Shown: positions 19,883 to 30,382 of the stretch, one piece after another
How the letters are laid out: each line of letters begins with the position of its first letter
Position numbering within the stretch: the first letter of the stretch is position 1
Source: a bacterium
Lineage (GTDB): Bacteria; Bacillota; Clostridia; Lachnospirales; Lachnospiraceae
NCBI GenBank assembly: GCA_963623925.1
Contig: CAVFNN010000002.1
Span: forward strand, 78,247-142,246
Direction of reading: 5' to 3'
Length of the DNA stretch: 64,000 bases
Position numbers and translations under genes: made by a program
Notes under the pieces: model-generated
What the model saw: the letters and a program-made list of their open reading frames with translations, nothing else
Databases searched by the model: none
What the model was told of the DNA's origin: nothing

Positions 19883-20971
19883 ATGGAAAAAGAGAAAATT
19901 CTGGAAATCCGGAATCTGGATATCACCTTCAAGACCACTGCGGGCCCTGTCCATGCCATTCGCGGCGTAGACATTGACCTCCACAAGGGAGAGACGGTGG
20001 CCATCGTAGGTGAGTCCGGCTCCGGTAAGTCTGTGACAATGAAGGCGGCCATGGGTATCCTGGCAAAGAACGCCACTGTGAATTCCGGCAGTATTTCCTT
20101 CAGCTACACCCATGCGGACGGGCAGAAGGACACTGTGGAGATTCTGGAGAAGGACAAGAAGTGGATCCGGAAGCACATCAACGGCAAGCGGATCGCCATG
20201 GTCTTCCAGGACCCCATGACCAGTCTGGATCCCACCATGAGCATCGGCAAGCAGATCATGGAGGGTATGCTCTGGCACTTCAAGATGAAGAAGGAAGAGG
20301 CCTGGAAGCGCTCCTGTGAGCTTCTGCAGGAGGTTGGTATCGAGGACGCGGAGAAGCGTATGCGGCAGTACCCGCACCAGCTGTCCGGCGGTATGCGGCA
20401 GAGAGTGGTTATCGCCATTGCCCTGGCCTGCAACCCGGATCTTCTGATCTGTGACGAGCCCACCACTGCACTGGACGTGACCATCCAGGCGAAGATTCTG
20501 GAGCTCATCATGAAGATCCAGCGGGAGAGAGGCATCAGCGTCATCTACATTACCCACGACCTCGGTGTGGTGGCGAAGGTAGCCGACTATGTCAATGTTA
20601 TGTATGCCGGAAAGATCGTGGAGAAGGGCACCATCAACGAAATCTTCTACGATCCGAAGCATCCTTATACCTGGGGACTTCTGTCCGCGATGCCGGATCT
20701 GGAGACGGATGACGAGCGTCTCTATGCAATTCCCGGTTCACCGCCCAACCTGCTTCATGAGCGGGCCGGTGATGCCTTTGCACCGAGAAACCGCTATGCG
20801 CTGGAGATCGACGACAAGGTGGATCCGCCGATGTTTAAGGTGACGGATACCCATTATGCAGCTACCTGGCTCCTGGATCCCCGGGCACCGAAGGTGGAGA
20901 TGCCGAAGGAGCTGGCGCTCCGTATCGAGCGTATGAAGGAAGGAGCAGAAAAGTATGGCAGTAAATTATGA
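19883..20971 (+). CDS. oppD: Oligopeptide ABC transporter ATP-binding protein
   Basis: GESGSGKS, YPHQLSGGMRQR, DEPTTALD, PKHPYT. Confidence 0.93.
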   Translation: MEKEKILEIRNLDITFKTTAGPVHAIRGVDIDLHKGETVAIVGESGSGKSVTMKAAMGILAKNATVNSGSISFSYTHADGQKDTVEILEKDKKWIRKHINGKRIAMVFQDPMTSLDPTMSIGKQIMEGMLWHFKMKKEEAWKRSCELLQEVGIEDAEKRMRQYPHQLSGGMRQRVVIAIALACNPDLLICDEPTTALDVTIQAKILELIMKIQRERGISVIYITHDLGVVAKVADYVNVMYAGKIVEKGTINEIFYDPKHPYTWGLLSAMPDLETDDERLYAIPGSPPNLLHERAGDAFAPRNRYALEIDDKVDPPMFKVTDTHYAATWLLDPRAPKVEMPKELALRIERMKEGAEKYGSKL

Positions 20972-21914
20972 TGCAAAACCGCTCCTTGAGGTCACGGGGC
21001 TGAAGCAGTATTTCAAGGTTTCCAAGAGCTTCACGGTGAAGGCGGTTGACGATGTGAGCTTCAAGATCTATCCCGGCGAGACCTATGGTCTGGTGGGAGA
21101 GTCCGGCTCCGGAAAGTCCACCATCGGACGTTCCATCATTCGTCTCTACAATCCCACTGAGGGAAAGATCCTCTTCAATGATACGGAGATCAGCGGTCGT
21201 CTGAATAAGGAAAGTAACAACATGCTGCGCACCCAGATGCAGATGATCTTCCAGGATCCCATGGCCTCCCTGAACCCGCGTAAGAAGGTGGAGGACATCA
21301 TCGGTGAGGGTCTGGACATTCACGGTACCTGCAAGACCCGCGAGGAGAGAGACGCCAAGGTGAAGGCCATCTTGAAGAAGGTGGGTCTGGCACCGGAGCA
21401 TGCCACCCGTTATCCCCATCAGTTCTCCGGCGGACAGCGGCAGCGTGTCGGCATTGCCCGGGCGCTGATCATGAACCCGAAGCTGATCATCGCGGATGAG
21501 TGTATCTCCGCACTGGACGTGTCCATTCAGGCCCAGGTGGTGAACCTCATGAAGGACATTCAGGAGGAGACCGGCACGGCTTACCTCTTCATCGCCCATG
21601 ATCTGTCCATGGTCAAGTACATTTCCGACCGTATCGGCGTACTGCACCTCGGACATCTGCTGGAGACCGGCACCACTGACGAGATTTTCTCGCATCCGGT
21701 GCATCCCTACACCCGGTCTCTGCTGTCGGCGATCCCGTCCCCGAATCCGGTGGTGGAGAAGAAGAGAATCGCGGAGAGCTATGATTACAAGACCTCCGGT
21801 ATCGACTATTCCAAGGGAACCGATCATCTGGTGGAAGGCTCACATTATGTGCGTTGCACCGATGCCGAGTTCGAAGACTGGATGAAGCGGAAGCCGCTGG
21901 AGTACGACGCCTGA
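20955..21914 (+). CDS. oppF: Oligopeptide ABC transporter ATP-binding protein
   Basis: GESGSGKST, YPHQFSGGQRQR, SALDVSIQAQ, HPYT. Confidence 0.93.
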   Translation: MAVNYDAKPLLEVTGLKQYFKVSKSFTVKAVDDVSFKIYPGETYGLVGESGSGKSTIGRSIIRLYNPTEGKILFNDTEISGRLNKESNNMLRTQMQMIFQDPMASLNPRKKVEDIIGEGLDIHGTCKTREERDAKVKAILKKVGLAPEHATRYPHQFSGGQRQRVGIARALIMNPKLIIADECISALDVSIQAQVVNLMKDIQEETGTAYLFIAHDLSMVKYISDRIGVLHLGHLLETGTTDEIFSHPVHPYTRSLLSAIPSPNPVVEKKRIAESYDYKTSGIDYSKGTDHLVEGSHYVRCTDAEFEDWMKRKPLEYDA

Positions 21915-22156
21915 CATATCGGAAAATTCTATCGATGCCATTGTGAACTTTCAATAGCATTTAGCTATCACTAACGACCTTTCTTGTGCTACAGTTATGC
22001 ATATTTCTTGACTGTAAAGAGCATTCTGCGCAGGAAAGGCCGACGGATAGGATAATAAGATGTAAGCGGAGATTGGATATACATTGTATATCCTTTCCTG
22101 CGTATATCGTATATTCATAAGCCCACTCCTCTGCAGCAATGCAGGGGAGTATTTTT

Positions 22157-22915
22157 ATGCTGAAAATTGCAATCTATGGTAAGGGCGGCATCGGCAAATC
22201 CACGGTGACCTCCAATCTGGCGGCCGCCTTCGCGGTACGGGGAAAGCGCGTGATCCAGATCGGCTGTGATCCCAAGGCGGATTCCACGGGAAATCTCTTG
22301 TCCGGTGAACCGCTCATGCCGGTCATGAATTATATGCGGGAGTATGACCGGGATCCGGAAAGTCTCGAGGAGATCAGCCGCCGGGGCTTCGGCAATGTGC
22401 TCTGCATCGAAACCGGCGGTCCGACACCGGGCATGGGCTGTGCCGGTCGGGGCATCATCAGCACATTTAATCTTCTGGACGAGCTGCAGCTCTTGGAAAC
22501 GGAGCAGCCGGACGTGGTGCTCTTCGATGTTCTGGGCGATGTGGTCTGCGGTGGTTTTGCCGCACCCATCCGGGAGGGCTATGCCGAGAAGGTGCTGATT
22601 GTCACCAGCGGCGAGAAGATGGCGCTCTATGCCGCCAACAACATCAACACAGCGGTACAGAATTTCGAGGACCGCGGGTATGCCCGGGTCGAAGGCATTG
22701 TCCTGAACCGGAGGAACATTCCGGAGGAGGAGAGCCGTGTCAGAAAATTCGCAGAGGAGCGGGGGCTTCGCATCGCGGCGGATCTTCCCCGGAGCGACGA
22801 GATCAACCTGGCGGAGGACCAGGGGAAAACCGTCATCGAGGCCTATCCGGATTCCGCCATTGCAGAGAAATTCCTGAAGCTTTGTGATGACCTGCTTCGG
22901 GAGGATAAAGCATGA
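22157..22915 (+). CDS. NifH/BchL/CfbC-family nitrogenase iron-protein-like reductase
   Basis: [19 protein letters not shown], both 4Fe-4S ligands ([17 protein letters not shown]), MALYAANNI. Confidence 0.93.
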   Translation: MLKIAIYGKGGIGKSTVTSNLAAAFAVRGKRVIQIGCDPKADSTGNLLSGEPLMPVMNYMREYDRDPESLEEISRRGFGNVLCIETGGPTPGMGCAGRGIISTFNLLDELQLLETEQPDVVLFDVLGDVVCGGFAAPIREGYAEKVLIVTSGEKMALYAANNINTAVQNFEDRGYARVEGIVLNRRNIPEEESRVRKFAEERGLRIAADLPRSDEINLAEDQGKTVIEAYPDSAIAEKFLKLCDDLLREDKA

Positions 22916-24192
22916 AAGCGCTGAGCTTCACAGTGGCAGAGCTTGCCGCGCTGGGGCCTGAAAAGTTGCCCGCAGAATTCAAAAACGATACGCATCTCAT
23001 CTACAGTTCCCCGGCCACCCTGGCCTTTAACTCGCCGGGCGCCGAGGGCTTCGGAGTGAAGCGGGCGGGCCTTTCCATTCCCGGCTCCGTTATGCTGATC
23101 ATTTCCCCGGGCTGCTGCGGACGAAACACGGGGGAGATCACCCGAATTCCCGGCTATGAGAACCGTTTCTTTTATCTTCTCATGGATGAGACGGATCTCG
23201 TGACGGGACGGCATCTCCGGAAAATTCCCGAGGCGGTGCAGGAAATCGTGGATTTTCTGCCCGAGAAGCCCTCGGTGGTGATGCTCTGCATTACCTGTGT
23301 GGATGCGCTGCTGGGCACCGACATGGAGCGGGTTTCCCGGAAGGCCGAGGAGGCCGCCGGAGTGCGCGTTCGTCCCTGTTATATGTATGCCCTGACCCGG
23401 GAGGGCCGGAAGCCGCCCATGGTGCATGTCCGGGAGTCCCTGTATTCTCTCGTGGAAAAGCAGAAAAAGCGGGGCAGCACCGTGAATCTTTTGGGCTTTT
23501 TCGCACAGCTGCAGGATGACTTCGAGCTCTATGAGATGCTGCGGCACATCGGTGTGAAGCAAATCAATGAAATGGGTCGCTGCGAGACTTACAGCGACTT
23601 TCAGCGCTTCGGCGAGGCGAATTTTTCTCTGGTGCTGAACCGGGAGGCGGTACCGGCGGCGCTGGATATGGAAAAGCGGCTGGGCATTCCCTTCATTTTG
23701 CTGGCACGTTTTTATGACATTGATGCGGTGCAGCGGCAGTATCAGGCCTTGGCGCAGGCCTTGAATCTTCCGCTGGAGACGGATCTAGGCTATGCCCAGG
23801 CAAAGGATGCGATTGAAAAGCTGAAAAAGGCCCGTCCTTCCCTGTGTTTCAATGTCGGCGAGTCCATGAACGGGAATCCTTTCGAGATGTCGGCGGCGCT
23901 GGTGAAGTATGGCTTCCGGGTGGGCGAGATCTACGGCAATCCCACGGCAGAGGATTTCCGGTACCTGCAGTTCCTGGCGGAGAAGAGTCCCGAAACCCGG
24001 GTTCTCTCCAACATGGAACCCACCATGCTGTACTATGACAGCAGTACCTGCCCCTGTGATGTGACCCTTGGCAAGGATGCGGCTTTCTATCAGCCGCAGG
24101 CAAAGCATGTGCGCTTTTCTGAAGACGAGCAGCCCTACGGCTATGCCGGAATCCGGCGGCTGATGGAAGAGATTCTGGAAGGAGTGAAGTGA
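22912..24192 (+). CDS. Nitrogenase component 1-like protein (pair 1, 'alpha'-type)
   Basis: [35 protein letters not shown] overlap with the nifH-like gene. Confidence 0.8.
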   Translation: MKALSFTVAELAALGPEKLPAEFKNDTHLIYSSPATLAFNSPGAEGFGVKRAGLSIPGSVMLIISPGCCGRNTGEITRIPGYENRFFYLLMDETDLVTGRHLRKIPEAVQEIVDFLPEKPSVVMLCITCVDALLGTDMERVSRKAEEAAGVRVRPCYMYALTREGRKPPMVHVRESLYSLVEKQKKRGSTVNLLGFFAQLQDDFELYEMLRHIGVKQINEMGRCETYSDFQRFGEANFSLVLNREAVPAALDMEKRLGIPFILLARFYDIDAVQRQYQALAQALNLPLETDLGYAQAKDAIEKLKKARPSLCFNVGESMNGNPFEMSAALVKYGFRVGEIYGNPTAEDFRYLQFLAEKSPETRVLSNMEPTMLYYDSSTCPCDVTLGKDAAFYQPQAKHVRFSEDEQPYGYAGIRRLMEEILEGVK

Positions 24193-24193
24193 G

Positions 24194-25459
24194 ATGGTGC
24201 GCGGACTTCGAAAATATCTGACACCCTTCGCGCCGGATCAGTCCGGTGCGGTGTCTCTCCTGTATGAGCTGGGCGGCATGGTGGTGATCCTGGATGCGGG
24301 CGGCTGCACCGGCAATATCTGCGGCTTTGACGAACCCCGCTGGAGCAGCGAACGATCTGCCATTTTCAGCGCCGGACTTCGGGATATGGATGCCATCATG
24401 GGCCGGGACCGGGCGCTGGTGGAGAAAATTGCGAAGGCCCAGGAAAAGCTTGACGCAAAGTTCATCGCCATTGTGGGCACACCGGTACCGGCGGTCATCG
24501 GCACGGATTACCAGGCCCTCCGCCGGATGCTGCAGAAAAAGGTCAGTGTGCCCATCCTCTGCATCGAAACGAACGGCATGAAAAGCTTTGAATACGGCGC
24601 GGAAAAGACCTATCTTGCTCTGCTCGAGGCCTTCGCCTATCCCGCTTCGGAGGAAGAGGATAATGCAGGCGATGCGGAAAACCGGACGAAAGCCACTCGC
24701 ATCGGTGTCTTCGGCACCTTTCCCATGACGGAGAGTGATGCCGAGGAACGCAGTCACATCGCAGCGGGATTTACAGAGCAGCGGTTGGACCGGGACCTAT
24801 CTGATCACGCGTTTTCAGATGCTGGATTTTCCGGTGCCGGAGAGCCGGATCTCTGTTTTTATGGCCACGGCGCAAGTCTTGCGGATTATCGTCACTGTGG
24901 GCAGAACCGGCTGAATCTGGTGACCGCCGTGCCGGGAATGGTGGCAGCGAAGGCCCTGGAAAAACGCTTCGGCACGCCTTATAAAATCGGTCATTCCGGT
25001 GCCGGACGGCTCTTGCAAGCGGCCTGGGAGAAGCTTTCCGAAGTAGAGAAAGAGAAGCTTCGACACTTGCAGCATCCCCGGATCTTGATCGTGCAGGAGC
25101 AGATACTGGGGAATAGCCTACGGGATAGCCTGCGGGCAGCACCAGAGGGATTGTCCGCGCCGGGCGGACAAAAAAGCTGCGCAGAGGGAGAGCAGATTCT
25201 GGCATCAGATGAAGCAGGCCTCCAAAATCCAGAGATCCAGGTGATGAGCTTTTTCAAAATGCTGCCGGAGCTGATGGAAGCGGGAGACCGTTTCCTGGCG
25301 GAGGAAGCGGAGCTTTGGGAGTTGCTGCAAACAAGCTATGACCTGATCCTGGGCGATCCGGTGCTGCAGAAGATGTTGCCGAAGGATTTTAGCGGCTGCT
25401 TTTTGGCCATTCCGGAGCCCGCCATTTCCGGCTTTCCGGCCCTCACGATGGGAGAGTAA
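24194..25459 (+). CDS. Nitrogenase component 1-like protein (pair 1, 'beta'-type)
   Basis: DAGGC, SAGLRDMDAIMG, GTPVPAVIGTD, ETNG, AKALEKRFGTPY. Confidence 0.75.
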   Translation: MVRGLRKYLTPFAPDQSGAVSLLYELGGMVVILDAGGCTGNICGFDEPRWSSERSAIFSAGLRDMDAIMGRDRALVEKIAKAQEKLDAKFIAIVGTPVPAVIGTDYQALRRMLQKKVSVPILCIETNGMKSFEYGAEKTYLALLEAFAYPASEEEDNAGDAENRTKATRIGVFGTFPMTESDAEERSHIAAGFTEQRLDRDLSDHAFSDAGFSGAGEPDLCFYGHGASLADYRHCGQNRLNLVTAVPGMVAAKALEKRFGTPYKIGHSGAGRLLQAAWEKLSEVEKEKLRHLQHPRILIVQEQILGNSLRDSLRAAPEGLSAPGGQKSCAEGEQILASDEAGLQNPEIQVMSFFKMLPELMEAGDRFLAEEAELWELLQTSYDLILGDPVLQKMLPKDFSGCFLAIPEPAISGFPALTMGE

Positions 25460-25460
25460 G

Positions 25461-28001
25461 ATGGGTGAAACGTTTATGACAAAAAAATTTCATATCTATG
25501 GTGTGGTGCAGGGCGTCGGTTTCCGGCCCACCGTGGCACGGCATGCCGCGGAGAGCGGTATCACCGGCATGGTTTCCAATCGTGGTCCCTATGTGGAGAT
25601 TTTTGCCGAGGGAAGCGAGGAACAGCTCACGCATTTCCGGGCGCTAGTCCTGCAAAAGCCGCCGAAGAGAGCCACGATTTTGAAACTCACGGAGCTGCCC
25701 CTTTCCGAAGTGGAGAAGCAGCTGCATTTCCAAGACTTCCGCATCGTGGAGAGCGAGAAAACCACGGGAGAGATCTTTGTCTCCCCGGACATCGCCATGT
25801 GTCCGGAATGTGAGGCAGAGCTGATGGACCCGCAGAATCGCCGCTACCTGCATCCCTTCATCAACTGCACCTGCTGCGGCCCGAGGCTCAGTATATTGGA
25901 CAGCCTTCCCTACGACCGGGAGCGCACCTCCATGCAGCACTTTCCCATGTGTCCGGATTGCGAAAAGGAATACCACGATCCCGCGGATCGGCGCTACGAC
26001 GCCCAGCCCGTCTGCTGTCCCCACTGCGGTCCGGAATTGTATCTCCTGGGCAAGCCGGAGATCCGGGGCGCAGAGGCCTTGCAGCAAACCCGGAGAGTGA
26101 TCCGGGAGGGCGGCATTGTGGCCATCAAGGGCATCGGCGGCTTCCATCTCTGCTGCGACGCCACATCAGAAGTGGCAGTGCAGAAGCTGCGGGTGCAGAA
26201 AAATAGACCCGCGAAGCCCTTTGCCGTTATGGCCCGGAATCTGTCTGCGGCCGAAGACATTTGCGTAATCGACAGTCAGGAGAGAGAGATTCTGACGGGG
26301 CACCAGAAGCCCATTTTGCTGCTCCGAAAGCGGAAAAATATCGCTATTGCGGACGCTGTGGCGCCGGAGAATCCCTATCTCGGCGTGATGCTTCCCTACG
26401 CGCCGGTACAGCGGCTGCTCTTTGACTTCCCGGACGGCGTGGAAATGCCGTCGGTGCTCATCATGACCAGCGGAAACCATGCCGGGGCACCGATCTGCCG
26501 CGACGATGCGAGCGCGGCGCGGGAGCTAGGAGGTATTGCGGATCTGATCCTGTCCAACGACCGGGACATCCGCATGCGGGCGGACGACTCCGTCATGCAG
26601 ATCTTCCGGGGCGAGCCGCTGATGCTGCGGCGCTCCCGGGGCTATGCGCCGCTTCCCTATATGCTTTCCCGACCGGACGATGCGCATACAGCTGCGGGAA
26701 AAGAGCCGACAAATGCAAAGCGCCAGGTACTGGCCATCGGTGGTGAGTTGAAAAACACCTTCTGCTTTGGCGCGGGCGAGCTTTTCTATCCGGGCAGCTA
26801 TGTGGGCGACCTCACGGACCTTCGCACTTGTGACGCCCTGCGTGAGTCGGCAGAACGTATGGAGACGCTATTGGAGGCGAAACCGGAAATCATCGCCTGC
26901 GACCTCCATCCTCGTTACAATTCCACAACAGTGGCGGAGGAAATCGCGGAGGAACGGGGCCTTCCCTTGCTGCGCGTGCAGCATCACTATGCGCATATCG
27001 TATCCTGCATGGCGGAAAACGACCATCCCCAGCCGGTTATCGGCATTGCACTGGACGGCACGGGCTACGGCACCGACGGCAGCATCTGGGGTGGCGAAAT
27101 TCTCCTGGCGGACTACCGGCACTTCCGTCGCATTGCCAGTATGAAACCCTTCCTGCAGATCGGCGGCGACACGGCTTCCCGGGAGGGATGGCGCATCGCG
27201 GTGTCCATGATTTACAGTCTGGAAAAGGCGGAGAACCGGCTGGATTCGGACATCGGCGGCTTCGTGGCCCGGAACCGCACCGAGGAAATCGTTCGGCAGC
27301 TGGGCCTGGCGGACCAGAACACCCTGCGGGCGCAGTTCATGCTCCATGATCGGAATCTGAACGCCATCACCTCCACGAGCTGCGGTAGGCTCTTCGATGC
27401 TGTCAGTGCGCTGCTGGGGATTCGGCTGCATTCCACGTATGAGGGCGAGGGGGCCATTCAGCTTATGTATCAGGCCCTTGCGGCGGATCCGGAAAGTGCA
27501 CTTTCGCTGACGGCAGAATTTGATGCATTCCGGAAAAAGATGCAGCAAAAGGAAGAGGCCCTCGGCCAGAGCAGCATTGAAGAGGAAGGCATCTGGGAGG
27601 ATACGGAGGAAGCGGCAGCCAATGAGCTAGATGCGGAGGCGGATCGTCTCATCGTGCGGACGGACCTTTTGTTCCGCTTCCTACTGGAGAAGCGATTGAT
27701 GCTGACAGCCAAAAATCGGAAAGCGGATAATGTCTTCGGTGTGAATGAACTGGCCTATTTCTTTCATGAAGGGCTGGCGCGGCTGCTCACAGAAGCGGCG
27801 GCACAGCTGGCGGAAGAGAACAAGGTAGATACGGTGGCCCTGTCCGGCGGCAGCTTCCAGAACACCCTGCTTTTAGGGCTTATGGAGGACAAGCTTCAGG
27901 ACCGGGGACTGAAGGTGCTGAAGCATCATCTGATTCCCGCCAACGACGGAGGCGTCGCATTGGGACAGGCCGTTGTCGCCCGTTGGGCCGCGGAATTTTG
28001 A
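25461..28001 (+). CDS. hypF: Carbamoyltransferase HypF
   Basis: GVVQGVGFRP acylphosphatase domain, two Zn fingers (CPEC..NCTCCGPR; CPDC..CCPHCGP), KGIGGFHL, QHHYAH, PANDGGVALGQ. Confidence 0.97.
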   Translation: MGETFMTKKFHIYGVVQGVGFRPTVARHAAESGITGMVSNRGPYVEIFAEGSEEQLTHFRALVLQKPPKRATILKLTELPLSEVEKQLHFQDFRIVESEKTTGEIFVSPDIAMCPECEAELMDPQNRRYLHPFINCTCCGPRLSILDSLPYDRERTSMQHFPMCPDCEKEYHDPADRRYDAQPVCCPHCGPELYLLGKPEIRGAEALQQTRRVIREGGIVAIKGIGGFHLCCDATSEVAVQKLRVQKNRPAKPFAVMARNLSAAEDICVIDSQEREILTGHQKPILLLRKRKNIAIADAVAPENPYLGVMLPYAPVQRLLFDFPDGVEMPSVLIMTSGNHAGAPICRDDASAARELGGIADLILSNDRDIRMRADDSVMQIFRGEPLMLRRSRGYAPLPYMLSRPDDAHTAAGKEPTNAKRQVLAIGGELKNTFCFGAGELFYPGSYVGDLTDLRTCDALRESAERMETLLEAKPEIIACDLHPRYNSTTVAEEIAEERGLPLLRVQHHYAHIVSCMAENDHPQPVIGIALDGTGYGTDGSIWGGEILLADYRHFRRIASMKPFLQIGGDTASREGWRIAVSMIYSLEKAENRLDSDIGGFVARNRTEEIVRQLGLADQNTLRAQFMLHDRNLNAITSTSCGRLFDAVSALLGIRLHSTYEGEGAIQLMYQALAADPESALSLTAEFDAFRKKMQQKEEALGQSSIEEEGIWEDTEEAAANELDAEADRLIVRTDLLFRFLLEKRLMLTAKNRKADNVFGVNELAYFFHEGLARLLTEAAAQLAEENKVDTVALSGGSFQNTLLLGLMEDKLQDRGLKVLKHHLIPANDGGVALGQAVVARWAAEF

Positions 28002-28023
28002 TAGTAGAAGAGGGAGTAAATCT

Positions 28024-28236
28024 ATGTGTGTAGGACTTTCAGCAAAGGTAATTCAGGTTTCCAATGGCATGGCGCTGGTGTCGGCAGACGGCGCGAAGCG
28101 CAGCGTTTCTGCGGCGCTGCTTGACCAGCTGCAGCCCGGGGATTATGTCATGGTGCATGCCGGTGCAGCCATTGCCCGGATTTCGGATTCGGACGTGGAG
28201 GAGACGGACGCACTGCTGGAGGAAGGACTGAAGTAA
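28024..28236 (+). CDS. hypC: HypC/HupF chaperone
   Basis: N-terminal MC, PGDYVMVHAG; 70 aa between hypF and hypD. Confidence 0.92.
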   Translation: MCVGLSAKVIQVSNGMALVSADGAKRSVSAALLDQLQPGDYVMVHAGAAIARISDSDVEETDALLEEGLK

Positions 28237-28237
28237 G

Positions 28238-29329
28238 ATGGATACACTGGAACAGGCAAAAAAGATCCTGCGGGAATACAAGGGACCGAAATGCCGGATC
28301 ATGGAGGTCTGCGGCACCCATACCCACGAAATTTTCCGTCTGGGTATCCGACAGCTTTTGTCGGAAAATATCCAGCTGATTTCCGGCCCGGGCTGCCCGG
28401 TCTGTGTGACGCCGGTTTCCTATATTGATGAAGCGATCTGGCTCGCAGAAGAAAAGGGATGCACGATCTGCACCTTCGGCGACCTCGTGCGGGTGCCGGG
28501 AAGCCACAGCTCGCTGCAGCTGAGCCGCGGAAGGGGCAGTGACATCCGGGTGGTGTATTCTCCCTTGGATGCGGTAACGCTCGCAGAAAAGCATCCGGAA
28601 AAAGAGGTGGTTTTCCTCTCCGTGGGCTTCGAAACCACCACACCGGCCAGCTGCCTCGCGGTGCAGAAGGCTCAGGAAGAGGGACTGCATAACTTTTCCC
28701 TCCTCACCGCCAACAAAACCATGCCCGGGGCCATTGAGGCCATGGCAGGCTCCACAGACCTCTTCCTCTACCCGGGGCACGTATTGGCCATCACCGGCAC
28801 CGCCTATTATGAGGAGCTGGCGCGCCGGGGCATCAGCGGTGTCTGCGCCGGGTTCACGGGACGGGAATTATTGACGGCACTGGCCATCGCCGTGACGGAA
28901 TTTTCCAAGCTTCCGGCAGCAGAGGATAATGCCGTCGGCCCGCAGCAGCCGGGTTTCTTCCGGAATTGCTATCCGCGGGTGGTGACCAGTGCGGGCAGCC
29001 CCAATGCACAGAAAATGACGGCGGAGATGCTGGAGGCCGTGGACGCGGAGTGGCGCGGCATCGGCGTGATCCCGGGATCGGGCCTTGCTCTGAAGGAAAG
29101 CTTTTCGGACTATGACGCCCGGCGGAAGTACGAGATTCCGAAGCTTGACAGCCGCTACAAGACCGCCTGCCGTTGCGGTGAGGTATTGACAGGAAAGATT
29201 CGTTCCGCGGAATGTCCGCTTTTCGGCAAGACCTGTACACCGGAGCATCCTGTGGGGGCCTGCATGGTGTCCTCGGAGGGCGCCTGTGCGGCCTGGTACA
29301 GTTATGGCGGAGAAGTTAGCATCCATTAA
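28238..29329 (+). CDS. hypD: Hydrogenase formation protein HypD
   Basis: MEVCGTHTH, GPGCPVCVTP, GFETT, PGHV, C-terminal CRCG...CPLFG..CTP..PVGACMVSSEGAC. Confidence 0.97.
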   Translation: MDTLEQAKKILREYKGPKCRIMEVCGTHTHEIFRLGIRQLLSENIQLISGPGCPVCVTPVSYIDEAIWLAEEKGCTICTFGDLVRVPGSHSSLQLSRGRGSDIRVVYSPLDAVTLAEKHPEKEVVFLSVGFETTTPASCLAVQKAQEEGLHNFSLLTANKTMPGAIEAMAGSTDLFLYPGHVLAITGTAYYEELARRGISGVCAGFTGRELLTALAIAVTEFSKLPAAEDNAVGPQQPGFFRNCYPRVVTSAGSPNAQKMTAEMLEAVDAEWRGIGVIPGSGLALKESFSDYDARRKYEIPKLDSRYKTACRCGEVLTGKIRSAECPLFGKTCTPEHPVGACMVSSEGACAAWYSYGGEVSIH

Positions 29330-29365
29330 TGTTGCAGCGATTGGCGATACGATTAGGAGGAAAAA

Positions 29366-30373
29366 ATGAATTCTTCAGTGGTGACCCTGGCCCATGGGGC
29401 CGGCGGCAAGCAGACAAGCGAGCTGATTCATCAGGTATTTCAGGCACATTTTCAAAATCCCTATTTCACGGCGGACGACGCCTCGGTGCTGCCGGTGCCA
29501 AAAGGAAGGATGGCCATGACCACAGACGGCTTCATCGTTTCCCCGGCCTTTTTCCCGGGCGGCAACATCGGCAAGCTGTCCATCTGTGGCACCGTCAATG
29601 ACCTGGCCTGCATGGGCGCCCGGCCCCTGTACATGACCTGTGCCTTTGTCATCGAAGAGGGCTTCCCCATGGACAAGCTGGAGGAAATTGCTGCTGCCAT
29701 GGAGAAAACCGCCAAAGAAGTGGGCGTATGTCTCGTGGCGGGAGATACCAAGGTGGCCGGCAAGGGACAGTGTGACGGTCTCTTCATCACCACCACCGGC
29801 GTGGGCGAGCTTCTGCCGGAGGTGGAGACCTCCGGCAAGCTTGCGAGACCTGGCGACGACATCATCGTGACCGGTGATGTGGGACGGCATGGCTGCACCA
29901 TTCTCCTTGCTAGGGATGAATATGGCATCGAAGCAGAGGTTAGCTCCGATTGTGCCCCTCTCTGGAAGCCGGTGGAGGCAGCACTCACGGCGGTAAAAGA
30001 TATCCACGTCATCCGGGATGCTACCCGGGGCGGTGTCGGCACCGTATTGTATGAAATTGCGGCGGAGAGTCAGGTGGGTATTCACCTGGACCGGGCGGCC
30101 ATTCCTGTGGATCCGGCAGTGGCCGGCACGACCGGTATGCTGGGCCTGGAGCCCCTGTATCTGGCCTGTGAGGGCCGCCTGGTGATCTTTGTGCCCCACG
30201 AAGAAAGCGAGAAGTTGCTGTCTGTGCTGCGCGAACAGTCCTATACAAGTGGTGCGGCCATTATCGGTCAGGTGACCGAGAAGAACCCCGGCAAGGTCGT
30301 TATGCGCACCGAGATCGGCTCCGAAACCCTCCTCCCCGAACCGGGGAATGAATTACTTCCTAGGATTTGTTAA
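29366..30373 (+). CDS. hypE: Carbamoyl dehydratase HypE
   Basis: LAHGAGG, GTVNDL, GDTKV, RDATRGG and C-terminal PRIC. Confidence 0.97.
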   Translation: MNSSVVTLAHGAGGKQTSELIHQVFQAHFQNPYFTADDASVLPVPKGRMAMTTDGFIVSPAFFPGGNIGKLSICGTVNDLACMGARPLYMTCAFVIEEGFPMDKLEEIAAAMEKTAKEVGVCLVAGDTKVAGKGQCDGLFITTTGVGELLPEVETSGKLARPGDDIIVTGDVGRHGCTILLARDEYGIEAEVSSDCAPLWKPVEAALTAVKDIHVIRDATRGGVGTVLYEIAAESQVGIHLDRAAIPVDPAVAGTTGMLGLEPLYLACEGRLVIFVPHEESEKLLSVLREQSYTSGAAIIGQVTEKNPGKVVMRTEIGSETLLPEPGNELLPRIC

Positions 30374-30382
30374 GGGGGCATT

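Noticed and set aside
22157..25459. DPOR/COR (bchLNB/XYZ) or F430 (cfbCD) tetrapyrrole reductase
   Set aside because: No tetrapyrrole or photosynthesis genes nearby and the context is hyp/hyd; cannot be fully excluded without a phylogeny.
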